From: Bugula neritina | Lineage: Eukaryota; Animalia; Bryozoa | Length of the DNA stretch: 64,000 nt | NCBI GenBank assembly: GCA_964035545.1 | Contig: OZ037765.1 | Span: forward strand, 21,947,504-22,011,503 | Direction of reading: 5' to 3' | Part shown: in pieces, positions 45,401 through 60,400 of the stretch | How the letters are laid out: each line of letters starts with the position of its first letter | Numbering within the stretch: position 1 is the first letter of the stretch | The notes under the pieces: generated by a model | The model's database searches: none | Told to the model about the DNA's origin: nothing | The model's input: the letters and a program-made list of their open reading frames with translations, nothing else | Program-made: the position numbers and the translations under genes

Positions 45401-48400
45401 AACCTGTAATAATTCTATTTTATGTTTTATATTATTCAATACTATTTATCATGGTTTTAATTTATTGAAAGCTGCCAGTTCTATTTGTGCATCAATAACT
45501 GTAATTGTTTATCCATTATGGAGGTATTATATTTGAAAATTGGCACCTTTAGTGTTAAAATAGTATTTATTTCAACTAAATATAGAGTAGATATTTTGGT
45601 TTTTAAAAAGTTTTGGTAGACCACTTTTATTAAAAACTTGCCGTCATTTTTGATTTGTTACGACATTGAGGAAAATTTAACCAACGCCTATCTAAGTTGT
45701 TACAGATATTATTGCATGAGTATTCTGTCAATGTCCTATTAAAACTCGTTCAGCCCACCAACTCCTGCGAATCTTTGCTTTATGTCATATTGCTGACGAA
45801 GCTTCTTATTCTATCTAATTAGTTGTCAGCATTTGCTCTTTAGTGACGATATTATGAGGTGGTGTTTACTTGTACTCATTGACGCATGCACTAATTAGGG
45901 TGTAGGTAGTTATTATTTTAAATTTAGCATTTTAATTAACAGACGACGTACCGTTGTGAATATATTATATTCTTTTCTGATTATACTGTGAGCGTCAGGT
46001 GCTTTTTTTAATTGTAGCATATTACGTGTTTGTGTTTATTATAATAAGTACGTTTACGTATTGCACGTACAAAGATCAACTTTGGATGAGTTTTTGTTAA
46101 CTATATCTACGTTTGAAGTTTACTAAAATTGTTGTGGCGAACATTGCTTTCCAGTAAGGGCTGCTGCAATGGCATTTTTATACTATGTAAAGGAATTGAC
46201 TAGCTGGGCTGTTTGCTGATTCTAGCTACCAACTATTTACAAAATTCTTGTGCGCTGACAAAAGCTAGAAAGAAACCAAATAAACCTGTCTAAAATAATA
46301 CAACTTGTTTCTCTGATGAATTGGAATTTAAGTAAAAAAAATTGTATATTGTTTTTAAAATTTGTTATGAAAATGTATCTCCAAAAACATGTGCCTTGTG
46401 TAAAGTGGGTTTTGAGTATTTATCGTTTGAGCAGCTACTTGGAATATTTTACCATTTTCACATACTTGTTGATATTGTAAAATGTCCTTAGGGTTACAAC
46501 ATACTAGTGTTTTATACTTTTCAACATTATATTTGAAATTCTTCAGTGGTGGTGTTGGACATTTTTGTTATCAGACATCATGAACATATCTCGATTTCTT
46601 TTTCTGTGTTGACCAGAGCTACCGAAATAGGCTGTTAACCGGAGCTGCCTGCGTTGGTCGTAGGTTATGAACATAATATTTCCAAAACTAAACTATATTA
46701 AGCTTTAGTGGCAGTAAATATTCAAAGTAGTAATTAATTATTCAGTACATAAATTAGGATACTAACACCAATTATGTCTATATATCTGCATGTACTTAAC
46801 ATGTTAATGTATATAAACGGTGCATAAAATTTGATGGTTCAACTGCTGTAGACTAACCTTATTTCATACTATGAAGATTTAAATTGTAGTGTTCGGTGCT
46901 TCTATAAACATCTCCAAATGTGTTTGGATATATCAATTTTCTACCAAATTTATCAATTCAATGTATATTTCAAAGAAAGTAAATTTTTCTAAGAAAAATT
47001 TTATAGTATGGTATGTTTCATACTCTTGAATTGCCATTATTTTGCTTCAATTGTATGGCTGGAAAAAAACTAGAGCTGTAACTTGAAAAATGATTGTTAA
47101 TTCTATGCCTCCCCTTGGGTAAGATTATTGACAAGTAATTTGTGTAATCTTCAAATGGTTCCAGTACTAAGATATAAAAACTTAAGAGGTTATCAAGATG
47201 GTTTTCTTTTGAAGCCAATCTTAACAATATTGCAATATTCAGAATCATTCAACATACAGCATAACATATATGTGTGCTTTACTTATAAATTATAATGAGG
47301 AGACAACTTACAATTCTTATAATTACTGATAATGGATGACTTTTGGCTGTTTTAAAGCTACACATTCCTTGCTGGTGCCAATTACTCAAAAAAATGTTCT
47401 AGTTGGTTTTCAAACAGAATTATATTCCAACTTGTCTTTTAGTCTCGGGTATAATAGCCGGTTCACGCCAATCTCTTCTCCAATCCTTTCTCCGGATTAG
47501 TATGCAAGTTTCATTTGTTAACCAAGATTTGAGATATGCACATTGTTTGTGCATGGGTGCTTGCACGCTAGCCTCTGAATATTCATTGACTTTTTGACAT
47601 GGTAATTATTTAGGATTAAAGTCACACCATTGTTAGATCCTTTATTAACTTTCAGTCAAACTATGAAGAAATCTGAATCACCCTTGACAGAAATACCAAT
47701 GAAGATAACTGCAATTCTATTATGGCTATAACTTCATTTTAATGAATACATAATTTCTTAAATCCGTGTTGACATCTTTTAAATTCAATAAGTAAGTTCT
47801 GATAATACCCCAGTCCTATTATTTGCAACTTCTGATAATCGAGGGTTAGCATTTTCACACAAAACTAATCTCATATAAATAGTTCATGGCTCCATATAGT
47901 AGATACAACATAAATATTAGAATGGCATCTTTCTTTATTTTTTCAGTTTTTCTGGTTAATCCACACAAGGCCTCAAGTTTAGCCTGTGCTGTTTAAATAT
48001 CACTTAATCATGATTTGCATATAGAAATGGTGTCCAATACGAAGGTGGATAGTCTACAGCATTGGGCAGCTGATTGCTTAAGGACAATTAATCAACAAAT
48101 ACATTTCTAATCAAGTATACATGCTTTTTTGTGGTGTTGCAGAGGCTAGTAAATGACTGAACGTAATCTGTGAGGTTTCACAATACTCTAAAATAATTAG
48201 GTTGATGTTCTTACAACATTCAATTACCTTATTCTGCTTTGCCATGTGCATTTATGTGCCTGCTAAAGGAGCAAATTCTATTATAGTTAATTGAATATGT
48301 GTTAAAAGCTGATGTGCCTGTTTTAAATGGAAGTGTTGTTTGCCTTTGGTGAAAATATTAATTTTTTGCATTCAGGCAAACATTTAGATTGAATCATGTC

Positions 48401-51400
48401 ATGAGCTTTTAAAAAACATAATTTAGTTCTATTTTCATTATGTAATTCCTTGCTTAAGGATGGCATATGCAGGCTTGTGCCATGTTCACAGTTATAATTT
48501 TATGCCAGATGTGTGCGGTTCTCATAATTCTTATTCAAGCCTGTAGCAATGAATGCCAATTGATAAGAAATACTACAGAATGCTAATGTCTCTATATTTA
48601 GACATGCACATACTTTTGTGTTGTGAAATCCATCTTGTTTTTAAATTTGAAGTCTATTATTGCTAATAAGCATTTTCACTGGATAATTTAAACGTGAAAT
48701 CTAATATCTATTCAAATTTTATGCAATAATTAATAAAGTAAGTCGTGGATGCTACTTAAATTTGTTGTTGAGTGAAAGTATGTACCCTAATGTATTTTGT
48801 CATTTGTCAAACTCATTTCTTACAGGTTAGATTTTTATTTCCTTCACTTTTGAAAAAATGTTTTAAAAGATGGTGGTACTTAAAATAGATAATTATGATA
48901 GAAAAATGTACATGCATATTTATTGCTTGATAATCATCAAATATTATCAAATCACACCTTGTTTTTGCATTTTTAATAACATCACTTTGGTATTGATGAA
49001 TATATATATAATTATTTTAAAATTAATGCCAAGCTTCTAGATATACATTTACCAACTTCAGCCCACAACTAATGCATCTCATGCTTTGGTTTAAAACTCA
49101 AACTATAAAGGTTGAAATCCTTTACTAACTCTGAATGTTTCAACTGGCATTGTAGAAGCCTGGTACTTTATAAAGATAGAGCTGATTGATAAATATATGT
49201 AGGAATGAAGATATAGTTGCCAGATTTTTTATGTTAATGAAATATATTGCATTAACACTTCATTAACAATTCTGCTAGAATAATCGAAGGAATATTAATA
49301 GCATAATGGTTTTCATAGATCAAGTAAGCTGGCATATTTTATATTGCTGCGTGTTACATAAATACTAGCTTTGAACTAACCAATTAATGTAGATTAAATG
49401 TTACAGAAAACTGTGTGGCTCTTTTTCTTCTACTCCCAATATTGAATCTTCTGAACAAACAGGCACACGTTGGTATCATTCAAGAAGTTACTGCGTTTTA
49501 TTTAGTCTAACAAATTGATATATTTACTGCCTAGGGTATTGAATTGTCACTTTTTTGGCTATTTAATTGTCACTTTTTTGGAAAAATAATGATTTAAAGT
49601 TTTAGTTTGATATCTTTAAATAGATATATTTAATGGACATAATCCAAAGTATGTGTTTGCAGTTGGTGTGAAAGCTATTTATAATATTATGTTGACTGAT
49701 GACAACTGATTCATTCTTGTATGTTGCAGGCTTGGAGACGATCATACTGATCTAAAAATGCCCCCAACAAAACAAGTTGATGGTAAACATGTGTCTACGC
49801 TGGAGAAAGAAGTTGATGTGTCCATTTCCACCGTGAAGGCTTCAGTCACATCTTCACATATCTTGTTTCAACAGCAAACTTATGAAGCAACAGTTCACCC
49901 AGGTTCTTGCAGCTTTCTATTAAAATGCATTGTATGTGATATCTGCAGCATATTCTTTGCTGGCGTGGTAGTTCAATTAGATCTTTGAGAATAGCTTAAC
50001 AGTAACCAACTGAAAAAGATGGGAAATCGCTAGAAGCAGCATTGAGTTGGGGGTGACCGAGTGCAGTGTTTGTATAAACATCAGTGTCCAAATTCAAGCC
50101 TTCAACTACTGTACTTAGTGACCACTAACTTTGTGCTGCTCCAAGCATTTCCTAAAATGTTCTCCAGAATTGTCACTTGAAAAAGCCATTAGTGGGTGTC
50201 AGAAAGTGTATTAAGTTTATTTCAGCTGTACTGGAAGATTTCTAACTTAGTGTCATTTTAAAATCTCCCTCCATTTAAGTTTTTTGCTTGTATGGTTGGT
50301 TTTACAGATATAAACTTCTAACTTGAGAATTTGTTTGCTGTTAAAAGTACAAACGAACCGTAACAAAGGGAAAACTTCCGGCTAAGAGAACATCAATATC
50401 CGAATATCTTTGGGCTGTGTGCCTTTTATTCAGTCAACTCAGGTAGCTCCTGATAATGAAGTATTTCTCCCGTTTTTTTTGTTCATTGGGAAATAGAGTA
50501 GTGTGTTCTCAATCATAGTTTAACTTACCTAGTGTTAGACTTCAACATACCCAATGTGAAGCCTTCATATCTATAACTATGCTAAACAGCTGCCAACTTG
50601 GCAGGCTTATCAAATATAGCAGACCTAGCTGATGAATTCTTCCTTACCTTCTAGATAAAATTTGGCTCTTTTCTTCCACAATTTTTTATACTTGCTTGTG
50701 TTAAATTCCTATAAATATGGGTCCATGTTTGGGTTAAGCTTTAGATTTTTTAGCCGACATTTAGCTCCTTTAGTGAACAGACGACTTCTCGAGCTACTAA
50801 TATTAGGGCAGCCTGCACATAGTATGTGAGCTAGACATATCTAGTATTCTAAATGAAACCGAGTTCAAATTATAGTTTGAGTAGTTGTGTTGCAGTTGCC
50901 AATACTCGGAGCTTACGCCATCTCACAGTTGATTTTATTTCATAAATTTTGCACTCAACAACTTGCAAAAGCTTTCACTGCTATATGTCAAAATTCTGAA
51001 TTAGCATGCTGGTTCCTAAAATCCTGGTCCCTTGGCATTGCTTTAATTTCATAAACTAAGATGAGTTGTTAAATCTTAATTTTTATGGCTGCCAATGGTT
51101 AAGTGTGTCTGGTAATAAATCAAGGTGCCCAGTAGGCGAGACATTATTATGACATGTAATGATTGAATCATTACTGTTCAATATATTTGCATTACATGAA
51201 AATAAGCTTATCACGTAATGTTAAAGCTAATAGCTTATTAGTTGACAATAATCTGTGCAGTCCGTAAAAAGAATGGAATTAGCAAAAGAATTAATAACTT
51301 TTTTGATGTATTGTGTACATAATATTATGGAGAAGATGATTAGAGCGTTGTTACTTTGTACTACATTTACAATTACAGATCTTGACTTTCAGCATTTCAA

Positions 51401-54400
51401 TTAGCTAAATTGCATTTTCATGACTCATGCATAAGTGATGGGTGATCTCACACCATCTTGTTCTTTGCAATTGCAAAATTTACTTTTGCCAATCATCACA
51501 TATAACCTAACATCCGTGTGTGACAAGCATAATAGAAATACAGATAATCTTCACATATCTATAATATGAAATCGCAATTTATCAAAATTGAATGTAAACT
51601 ATGACAATCATTTACTTATAATAGCTAACAGCTGTCAATGAATTTTACTTGATATAAAAAATTGGTGATCTTGATGTAACGTAATAAAAATTAATCAGCT
51701 ACCCTAGCTTTATGTTTAACGTTTTCTCTGCATAACATTTTTATAGTTGATTTCAGCTACAGTTCTATTATTTTGGCATAATTATATTTTAAACCTTAAG
51801 TTTTGGAAGAAAAAAGGAGCACAAGTAAAAGACACCATGATTTGATAAAATTAAAAAAAATTATATTTTTTATCTTTCATCAAGAAATATTATATACAAA
51901 ATATCTTCCAACTAAAATTGCTAGTCTTATTTAAAGCATTTCCTATAGCTAATGTTGAAATCTCTTTTGGCAATAGTTTATCATAGTGATTTTATAATAA
52001 GTATACCTATTCAGTATAAGTCAATACACTACTTTACAACAAGTTTCTCATCTCCATCTTTATTAATAAAGTCAACATATTTTAATTAGTTTATTCAAGT
52101 ACTAAAGATAGAGTTTTTATCTGGCTTATTTAAAACTTTTATTTGATAATAGTAACAAAAAAGTTTGTGTTAAATAATAATTCAAGCTAATAAACGGAGT
52201 TGGTTTGGCAATTATAATTAATAGATAGTTGCAAAGAAATATTAGTACTTAATAGTTAATTTACTCGATTGATTATGCAAATCCTCTAGTATTTTGATAA
52301 TCAACTGCCACACCTTGTATATTTCATATATGGAGAATAAATTGTGCTTTATAATGGTCAATTTTCATAACTTAATCAAAGGAAAAATATTCATTGTACT
52401 AGCAGTGCACTCTAGATATTATGTAACTCACAAGCATTGTTGTTACTCAGATTCTTCTTTGATTCCCAGTGCAATTTATGGTCAGTATTGTATCCACAAA
52501 ATTATATCATTTTAAGTTGGTTTCTTTAAATAATTTTTATTGTAGTGCAATGAACTTTTATTTTTGTCATACTATAATGTAACATTGACTTACTTAAATA
52601 TATTTATTGTACTAAAAATGCACCTATTACAAAATGATGAGCATTGGTTTGTTTGTCTTGTGTCACCTAATTTATTATTCAAAAATATTACTTAAAATAA
52701 AAACATTGAGTATTTTATTCTTTTATAATCAAATAAAGCTGCAAAGTTGTTTTCTAGCAAGCAGTTGTCATCAAATTGAAGGACGTTCTCCAACATTGCA
52801 AATGCCAACATGTTGGTGGTTACTAAATATCTTCTTAACTTGATTGATGTGTAAGTGTTTTTTCTGAAAAAGGTGTTATGACAAAACAATAACATGGTGA
52901 AAGTTATATTCAATGATAGGTGATGGTTGTGTGACAGCCCATTGGCTGGGTGAACAGCTGTAGTGCTGAAGCAGTCGACCATTTGTAATCTTTAAATTAC
53001 TATTAGAGGATTTTACTTCTTTAGTAGAGGATATTTGTGTTGTTTTTTATTTTTATTTCAATGTATTTCATTAGTCATGTTTTTAATTTTTTTGTTTTTA
53101 TTTCCATTTTATTTAGTTATTAGCTTCAGTTTTAATAATATTTTCTGAGGCATCAACCATTGGGAGCTGTGGGCGGAACGCCAGGTGTGTTATAGTTGTG
53201 CAGCCAATTTGTTTGTAAGCTATATTCAGTGAGTTTTGTCCCGATTCAGCTGTGTAACCAACTGACTCATTGATCAATACAGGCATCTGTCAATTTAGAA
53301 TTTCTCTTGCGTTTGGTTTAATTTTGATTGACCTTGTTATCCAATGCCGGGCCTAAATGTTTCGTCATCAAGAAATGATTCTGAAGCCTTTAGGTGAAAG
53401 CTGTTGCAACTCCTATAATACCACGACTGATGCTGCATAGCTTGATAAAATGTTTAAACAGAGGTTCCAGCCATTTTGTGAGCCTATTACTTACGATAGT
53501 TTGGAGTCGTGCTCTATTATGAGCTCTTCAAACTCTTAGCTAACTAGTATACTATTTTATTACTACCAGCTCAAGCTTTGGCTTTCATTCAACCCAATCA
53601 TATAAGTATGCGCACACTTTAATTTAAATAAATTTTGAAGCATCCTCACTCAATTAATCACAGCCATTATATGTTATTGAGTGAAAATAAAATTGGGGCA
53701 ATCATAATATTTCCTAATACATTCATCATAGGCAAATATATGTTTGGTTTTAGTTTACATATGTACATTAATTTCAATTGTGTTATTTCAAGATTCTTTT
53801 AAATGATTAATAGTGTGTAAATTCGAGAATTAAAATGTTTCAGCGAACATTATCCATGCCTTTAGCTCTATGTGTATGACTTATATTTTAAGAGATTTTC
53901 TCTAGTTCATCACCATTATTACTAGGTGATGAACAACCAGTTAATCTCATCCTTTTTCTATATTTAAAAACACACTAAATGAAATAAAAATAGATATATC
54001 TATTAATTTGCAATACTGCAGTGAGATTAAGGTTTTTACAAGCTATAAGTAGCATATAACTAAGATCAACCTTACTTTTCAAATAATATTTCCATCAATT
54101 ATACCTGGATCTACTGTTTTTCCTGAAGCTACCTGCCGAAGACAATCAAATCTGAATGACAAGCACCTTATTAAAGAGTAGTTAATATAATGTAACCAAT
54201 ATTATACAAATTTGTGAGTGAACACCTTGTCTTTCTAAACTGATAACAAATACATGATCCTCATCTCCCCATCCTGCTAAAAAGCTTGGATTTATAAAGT
54301 CAACTTGACTGTAGCATCCTGTATGGCACGTACAAGTCGTTTCTATTGGTTCAATACAAGTGTGTTGCTATCACGTAGGCTGAGACACTTCTCAGGGGCC

Positions 54401-57400
54401 ATGGTTTGCAGATGAGCCAAAAAATTACAATTCTTTCTGCTTCTAGACTTCAGTCCCAATGATGGTGGTCTGTGAACTATAAATGCCACTAATGCCCTTC
54501 ATTAATTTACTACCTTTTCACTCTCAAAACAGAAGGTCCTGTTTTATATTATTTTCTCTTGCTACTGGAAAGTTTAAAATTGAGTATGTAGCTGTTGTGG
54601 CTACCAGTTTGCTGTTTTTTGAGGGTTCGAAAAGATAGTAAAACATCAATAGAGAAGTAGAGTTTAGCTGTAGGCTTTATTCTCAAAATGACCAAGACTG
54701 TCTGTGAACTTGGTGGCACACTATGGGATTAAAATGTCAGGTTGCCTCGAAAATACCATCCATTCCTTTTCCAACATTATTTATTTAATTAATAGATTTT
54801 TTAAATTGCTGTATCTTAAGTACTACGGTATGAAAACAACCTGAGTGTTAGCACTAATTGTATACCGTTCTCAATATAGATGTGTTTTAAAATGTGATTT
54901 ATTGTATATAATTTCAAGATGCTTTTTTTTAGGCTGCGTAGCTCACATCTAGTTATTTGCATAAACTTAAATTAAAAACTGATTGCTTTTCAGATATGAT
55001 TGTCCTATTTACTTCACAATTTACCAAATGATTTCTTAACTAGTAAGGTTTTATAACTAAAAGACAACATTTAACAAGTTCACCCTATTTAAAGATCTAG
55101 ATTCTAGTAAACCGCTAGTTTCGATTTTCTTGTTAGCAAGGTTTACATTGTACTAGGCTGTATAAAACTAATGGTATTGTTGGGTTTTTTACTTATTTTA
55201 ATTTTTTGCTTTTGGTTGCCAAAGTTAATTAGTATCTACTTCATTCTTCAATCACTGAAACCCACCGTCACAAGCTGTACTAGTAGAAACAGTATATTTT
55301 CTCAAACAATATACTTGTAGAACACTTTGTATGCAGTCTTTAATGTAGTTTATTGATAAATGTAACGTTTATAATCATTCGCATGCCCTATAAATTTCTT
55401 TGCAGATGAATGTCCAGCAGCAATATTGGAGATGGTTGGGTATAAAGGTGTGTTTGTTGAAGGGTCCATTAAACCAGCCATTACACAGTTGAACATACGA
55501 CTTTCTAACTCTAATGGTAAAGAGCTGGCCGTGCAGCCTACTGATCAAGATGGAAAATACAGGTACCCTTATTCAAATGTTGCCGTTTTTCATTCTTGAT
55601 TTTAAATTTTGCAGAAACTATTATTTAGAGTAGCAGTAGAGAGTGTTAATCAGTTTTATTGCCACTTTATGAGATAGAGCTTATGCTAACCAGTCTGCTA
55701 TCATTCTATGTTGTTACAAGTGCTCCTCAGTTATACTAGCTAAAGTAAAGTCAGGCACTTTCAGGCTAATGGGACATTTTTGCTATAAAAGAGATTAAGT
55801 GTACAATGTATTGGGCATATTTTTTCAGAAATTAATTTAAAATATTGCAGGTGCAAATATTGGCAAGGGAATTTGTTTCAAATTTTATAGTGTGCATAAA
55901 TGGCATAGTAGAAAATAATCTTTATTGCTTAGTAAGCTCAGTAAAAGTTAAAAAATCATTAACAAAACTATATAAAAATATTTTGAATTTTGTAAGTTTT
56001 ACAAATTATGATTTGAATTTATGGTTGGCAACGAAATTCTAATCACATAGCATTAGACTAATAATTTCACAATTCCAATAGTTATATCTTTAGTCTAATA
56101 TTAACTAATAGAACAATCAGCCTAAATATAGATGTCATATTTTTACATATTTAGTCATCTGTGATTGATAAAAACTGTTTGGGTGATATTAATCGCAGGG
56201 GTTTTTAACCTATTACCCCAGGCATAATCATAGAAACATAAGGGGTGCTTTCCCAGGTTATGATCAATGAGAAATATATTATATTATTATTTACATTACT
56301 TTTACAATATAAGGTATAAATGTAAGCTCTGGTACTTGAAACTCTAGGCCCTAGGAGAATAAGAGCCTCTGGTTGGTTGAAAGTTTTGCCCTGTTGCCAG
56401 TTGAGTGATTCAGCAGAAAACTTACTCAATTATTGTTCTACTTATTTGCAATAATAATTGTTGGGCCGGATTTTTTATGAAAAATGTATTTTTTAGCTAA
56501 AAACATATAAATGGGAAAATGTTTGAGATTTTAAAGGTGGTGTGGGTGTTAATCTCTAAGGACACCTCTGCAGTATCTATGGTGAATCAAAGAGTTAACA
56601 GTTATTACACTTTTTGTTGCTTTACAGTTGAACCAGGAACTGTGCAAAAACGCATGAATGTACTTCTCAACAAGCTTTTTATTCACATATTACATGCTGA
56701 AACTGCTAATAAACATTTTTTTGCGTTTTTATAACAAAAAATTATTGTTCTCATTCCAATTCTGCCTACGTAAGCATGCATTAAAAATAAAATTAAATTT
56801 TAATAATATTCAAACAAAAAATAATAATTTTATTCTGCTATAGGTAGCTAGTCGTAGGCTAGTTTTGACCTTCCTCGGGTCATCCATGGAAAGTAGCCGT
56901 GTAATGTTCATTGACTGATAGAGCAGACTAAGATATTAAGATTCAATAACTGCTATTTTCAAGCAAAACATTCAATTTTTTTATTTTTCATTGAAAAGTC
57001 TCATCCTTTTTTATATCAGATGGTACTGGAAATACTCTTGTTGGGAATACTATTTGTAGAACTAATTGCTAAACCAAGTTATCTCAAATGATAGAAGTAC
57101 AGTCAGACAAAATATGTGAGATATAATATTATCAAGTTCTTTTAATCATCAATTGATTTCTAAGTTGTAAATTAAATGTAAGCTGATAACATGGTAATAG
57201 AGATGCTTTAAATGTGCAATAAATTATTTACATATTAATATAAGTTTATCAGAATGTTGCATGTGTGCATGAAGAAAATGTTTCGATGATTTGGTGTTTT
57301 TGATTTGCATGTTGGTAATTTATTTTTGTTTAGGTTGAGTAGCCAGTCTATAAAAATAAGTTAATATTAAAGCTTCTTTTTTCAATCTATTCATTGAAAA

Positions 57401-60400
57401 GGAACACTTTAAATATTAAGTACTATAAAGCCACAAATTCACCCAAATATAGCAAATCTAGTTTCAAATGTTTTTCTGAAATAAATTAAATGTAATAACA
57501 CAGGATATATAATAATTGTTATGTGTATTTTGTAATTTATGCATCCACTTTTCAATTTAATGGATGTAAATAGCCTATATAATTATAAAAATTATCCCTC
57601 AAGATTGTTGCTGGTGTTAATATATGGTTAATTTAAATTAATCATTTCTATTTTTAATTTGCTGTTACGTTGAGCTGTCATGTTTATGTCAGGTTGAAGA
57701 TTTTGCTCCAGATCTGTAGGTGGCAAAGTTTGATGTAATTTATATATTACATTATCATATTCACAAAACAAGTCAATGCTCTTGTTATAGCTTATACCTG
57801 AGCAAGCAGTAACATTCCTATCACTTGTGGGTGGTGCCTCGTGTTTACTAATATTAGAAAATAGCTGATCATGAGTCCATCTGCAAGGTCTATGCAAATA
57901 TTTTCTTATATTTAGCAGCAAAAAGCTTTCAGCAGCCAAAATTTCACTAAATTTAGCACCAGCACTGTGTTTTACAGATGAACTTCAGGTTGGCAGTGGA
58001 GTTGAATTTTACTTTGCCAATTCCCAAGTTTACTTTGCTAATTTGTTCTAGTTTATAGCTTTACCATAAAAACAGCATTGTACCACTGTTTGTGTTTAAC
58101 TGGCTAAAATAACAGAGCCATACCACCCTAATCTTATACTTGTCAGATCTGCTTTAGAAATAAGTCTTAATTTATGTATTTTAAATCATTTTTTTTTGTT
58201 ACTTTATGAAACAAACGGATGTTATAAATGAATATTAGGCGTCAACTTTCTAGTCATTCTACATACAAATCCATGCTGATTAATATTAGGTAACTTAGTT
58301 GGCTACACTTTCATACATTCAGCTTGGAGATTACACATGTCATCACATATTTTACCTTTTTTGCCGCTATATTTGTTTCATGTATTTTTTTGTGTTTTTA
58401 ATTGATGAACATTTGTTTTCACCTCTTAGCTAACAAATAAGCTGCTGTATTGGAACTAGCACATATATCCATACACCCTCTACAAATGTTGCGTAATATG
58501 TGTAAATTCATAAAATTTTAGTTCCTGATTGTTTCAGTTAATTCAACATGTATAACTTAGTGTGCATAATGATCAAATTCGATTGCTCTGGTTGAAAGTT
58601 GTAACTTGTAGATTTGAAATCATATACGTGTTTTTAAAAGTTACATAATACATATAATAGCGTATAATGGAGCAATAGGTACTCCTAACCTTTTGCCAGT
58701 GACGTTTACCTTCAAGTTGCAATTGAACTTGTCCTTGGTGTAGGCCAGCCAACCCTCCTCCCACCTAGAAGGCTGTGGAGGTCAACTTTAAGTATTTTTG
58801 CCGTAAAGCAGCGAGGCATGTTCTTTATTCACAAGTATATTCATGGTGGTTTCATGTTAAAAAAGACAAAAACAATATAATTTAGCTAATTATAGCCATT
58901 ACTAGCAATCATGCATGGAAATAGCATTCCGTAATTTCATAATCTCTATTTCAAGGGGAGAAAATTTCAAGACATTATATAACTTGAAGTTTTACCACTT
59001 CTAATAGATTATAATTGTTGTAATTCTGATGGAACTTTACATAGATTACACTGACGTGTTCTTTTAAAACAAACCTCAACTTGATTCTAATAACTCTTGA
59101 AAAATTCAACAAATGTTACTCCTGTTAGCTTAATACTAACAAAAAATGCTTTTTCATCACATGCATAGTTTCTTTCCTCTAAAGATCAGATTAATAATTG
59201 TCTTGCAAATCTAGTCATTACAAAATAAGACATCTGTGGGACGGATTTCAAAAACATGTACAGACAAGTATTCAATGTCTTTACTTATACCTTCTCATAT
59301 ATAATGACACAATGTTATTATGAATTCCATTATATTTAAGTTTCTTGTGGGTAGCAATAGTCATTCATATTAGGCTTCCATTTCTTATTGCATCAAATAT
59401 TAATTTTATATTTTTAGTTAATTTAGCGTTTCTTGTTTGTTGGCAATAATAACTAAAATTAAAAATAAATTAGCAAAAACCACAGAATATTCTCATAAAC
59501 AGAGATGAGTTCATGAAGTACAAGACTATGTAAGCAGTATACTTATATTATAGAAATGCCTCATCCTAAGCTCTAAAAGTCCCCAAAATGATCACAATAA
59601 AGACTTTTGTAAAAAAAATTAAAAAAATAGCACTAAGTTTAACCCCAGAAGTAAATTCTCCTCACACTGAGAAGTTTCCAGAAAAAAACATAGCCCTTTT
59701 ACTTGGTAGCTGATTTTTCTGGTTTCTGGTTTTTTTGTGAAACCTCTGATTGGTTAAACAAAATTCAATAATTTATGAGCTTACAACTGGATTTATTTGC
59801 TAAGCAATAAATTTAACTCAACATTTCTTTGAATTCTTATTAAATTCATCAACTTTTACCAGCAATAAAACATCGTATTTTATTTTTCTTTTTTTGCAAG
59901 GATGGTTTTAACAAGGTTGGCTTTTTTCTAACATCCCCCACAAAGTTACTGTATTCAAACTGAAATCTTGTCCAACAATGATAATTTCTGTTTCCTGGTA
60001 ATTTTTACTAGACACAATTTTTTCAGAGCTTCGACATACTCAAATTATATTCCAGCTTTAAACTTTCTTTGATTCCATTTTTCATTTTTAGAAACTGATG
60101 GCGTACTATTTGCTACTAGTTAACTACTGTGCTTTATGATGGAGTCAATATCTAAACTTCTTTTTTATAAAAAAATCATTTAGCTTTGCTTTTTATATAC
60201 TTATTTGGGCATCCCTAAAGCAAGACGAGGAGGATCATTTTTGAAGTTCATTTGAAAGCAGTGTAGTTAGAGGGGGTGGGTAATGTATAAATGAAAAGCT
60301 CGAAGTTGACTTAACACTCAATCAGCCTAAGATGGTTATGACGTTATGCCAGGGCACAGTGTTGGCAGCACTAACTGCCCAGTATTGATGGAGTGAGTTG

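Noticed and set aside
54290-54410. Minus-strand peptide MAPEKCLSLRDSNTLVLNQ*KRLVRAIQDAT faintly like RAG1/Transib (P..CLA+R....L...QY....R....AT)
   Set aside because: Only ~30 residues with a stop, and I found no flanking RAG1/Transib motifs or TIRs; chance similarity is likely. A tBLASTn/HMM search would settle it.
56196-56393. Possible hAT-type MITE starting CAGGGGTTTTTAACCT
   Set aside because: The right end is only loosely complementary and no 8-bp TSD is evident.
57628-57939. 103-aa minus-strand ORF in NOMO intron as a nested gene
   Set aside because: Non-ATG start, no recognisable domain and no supporting exon chain.
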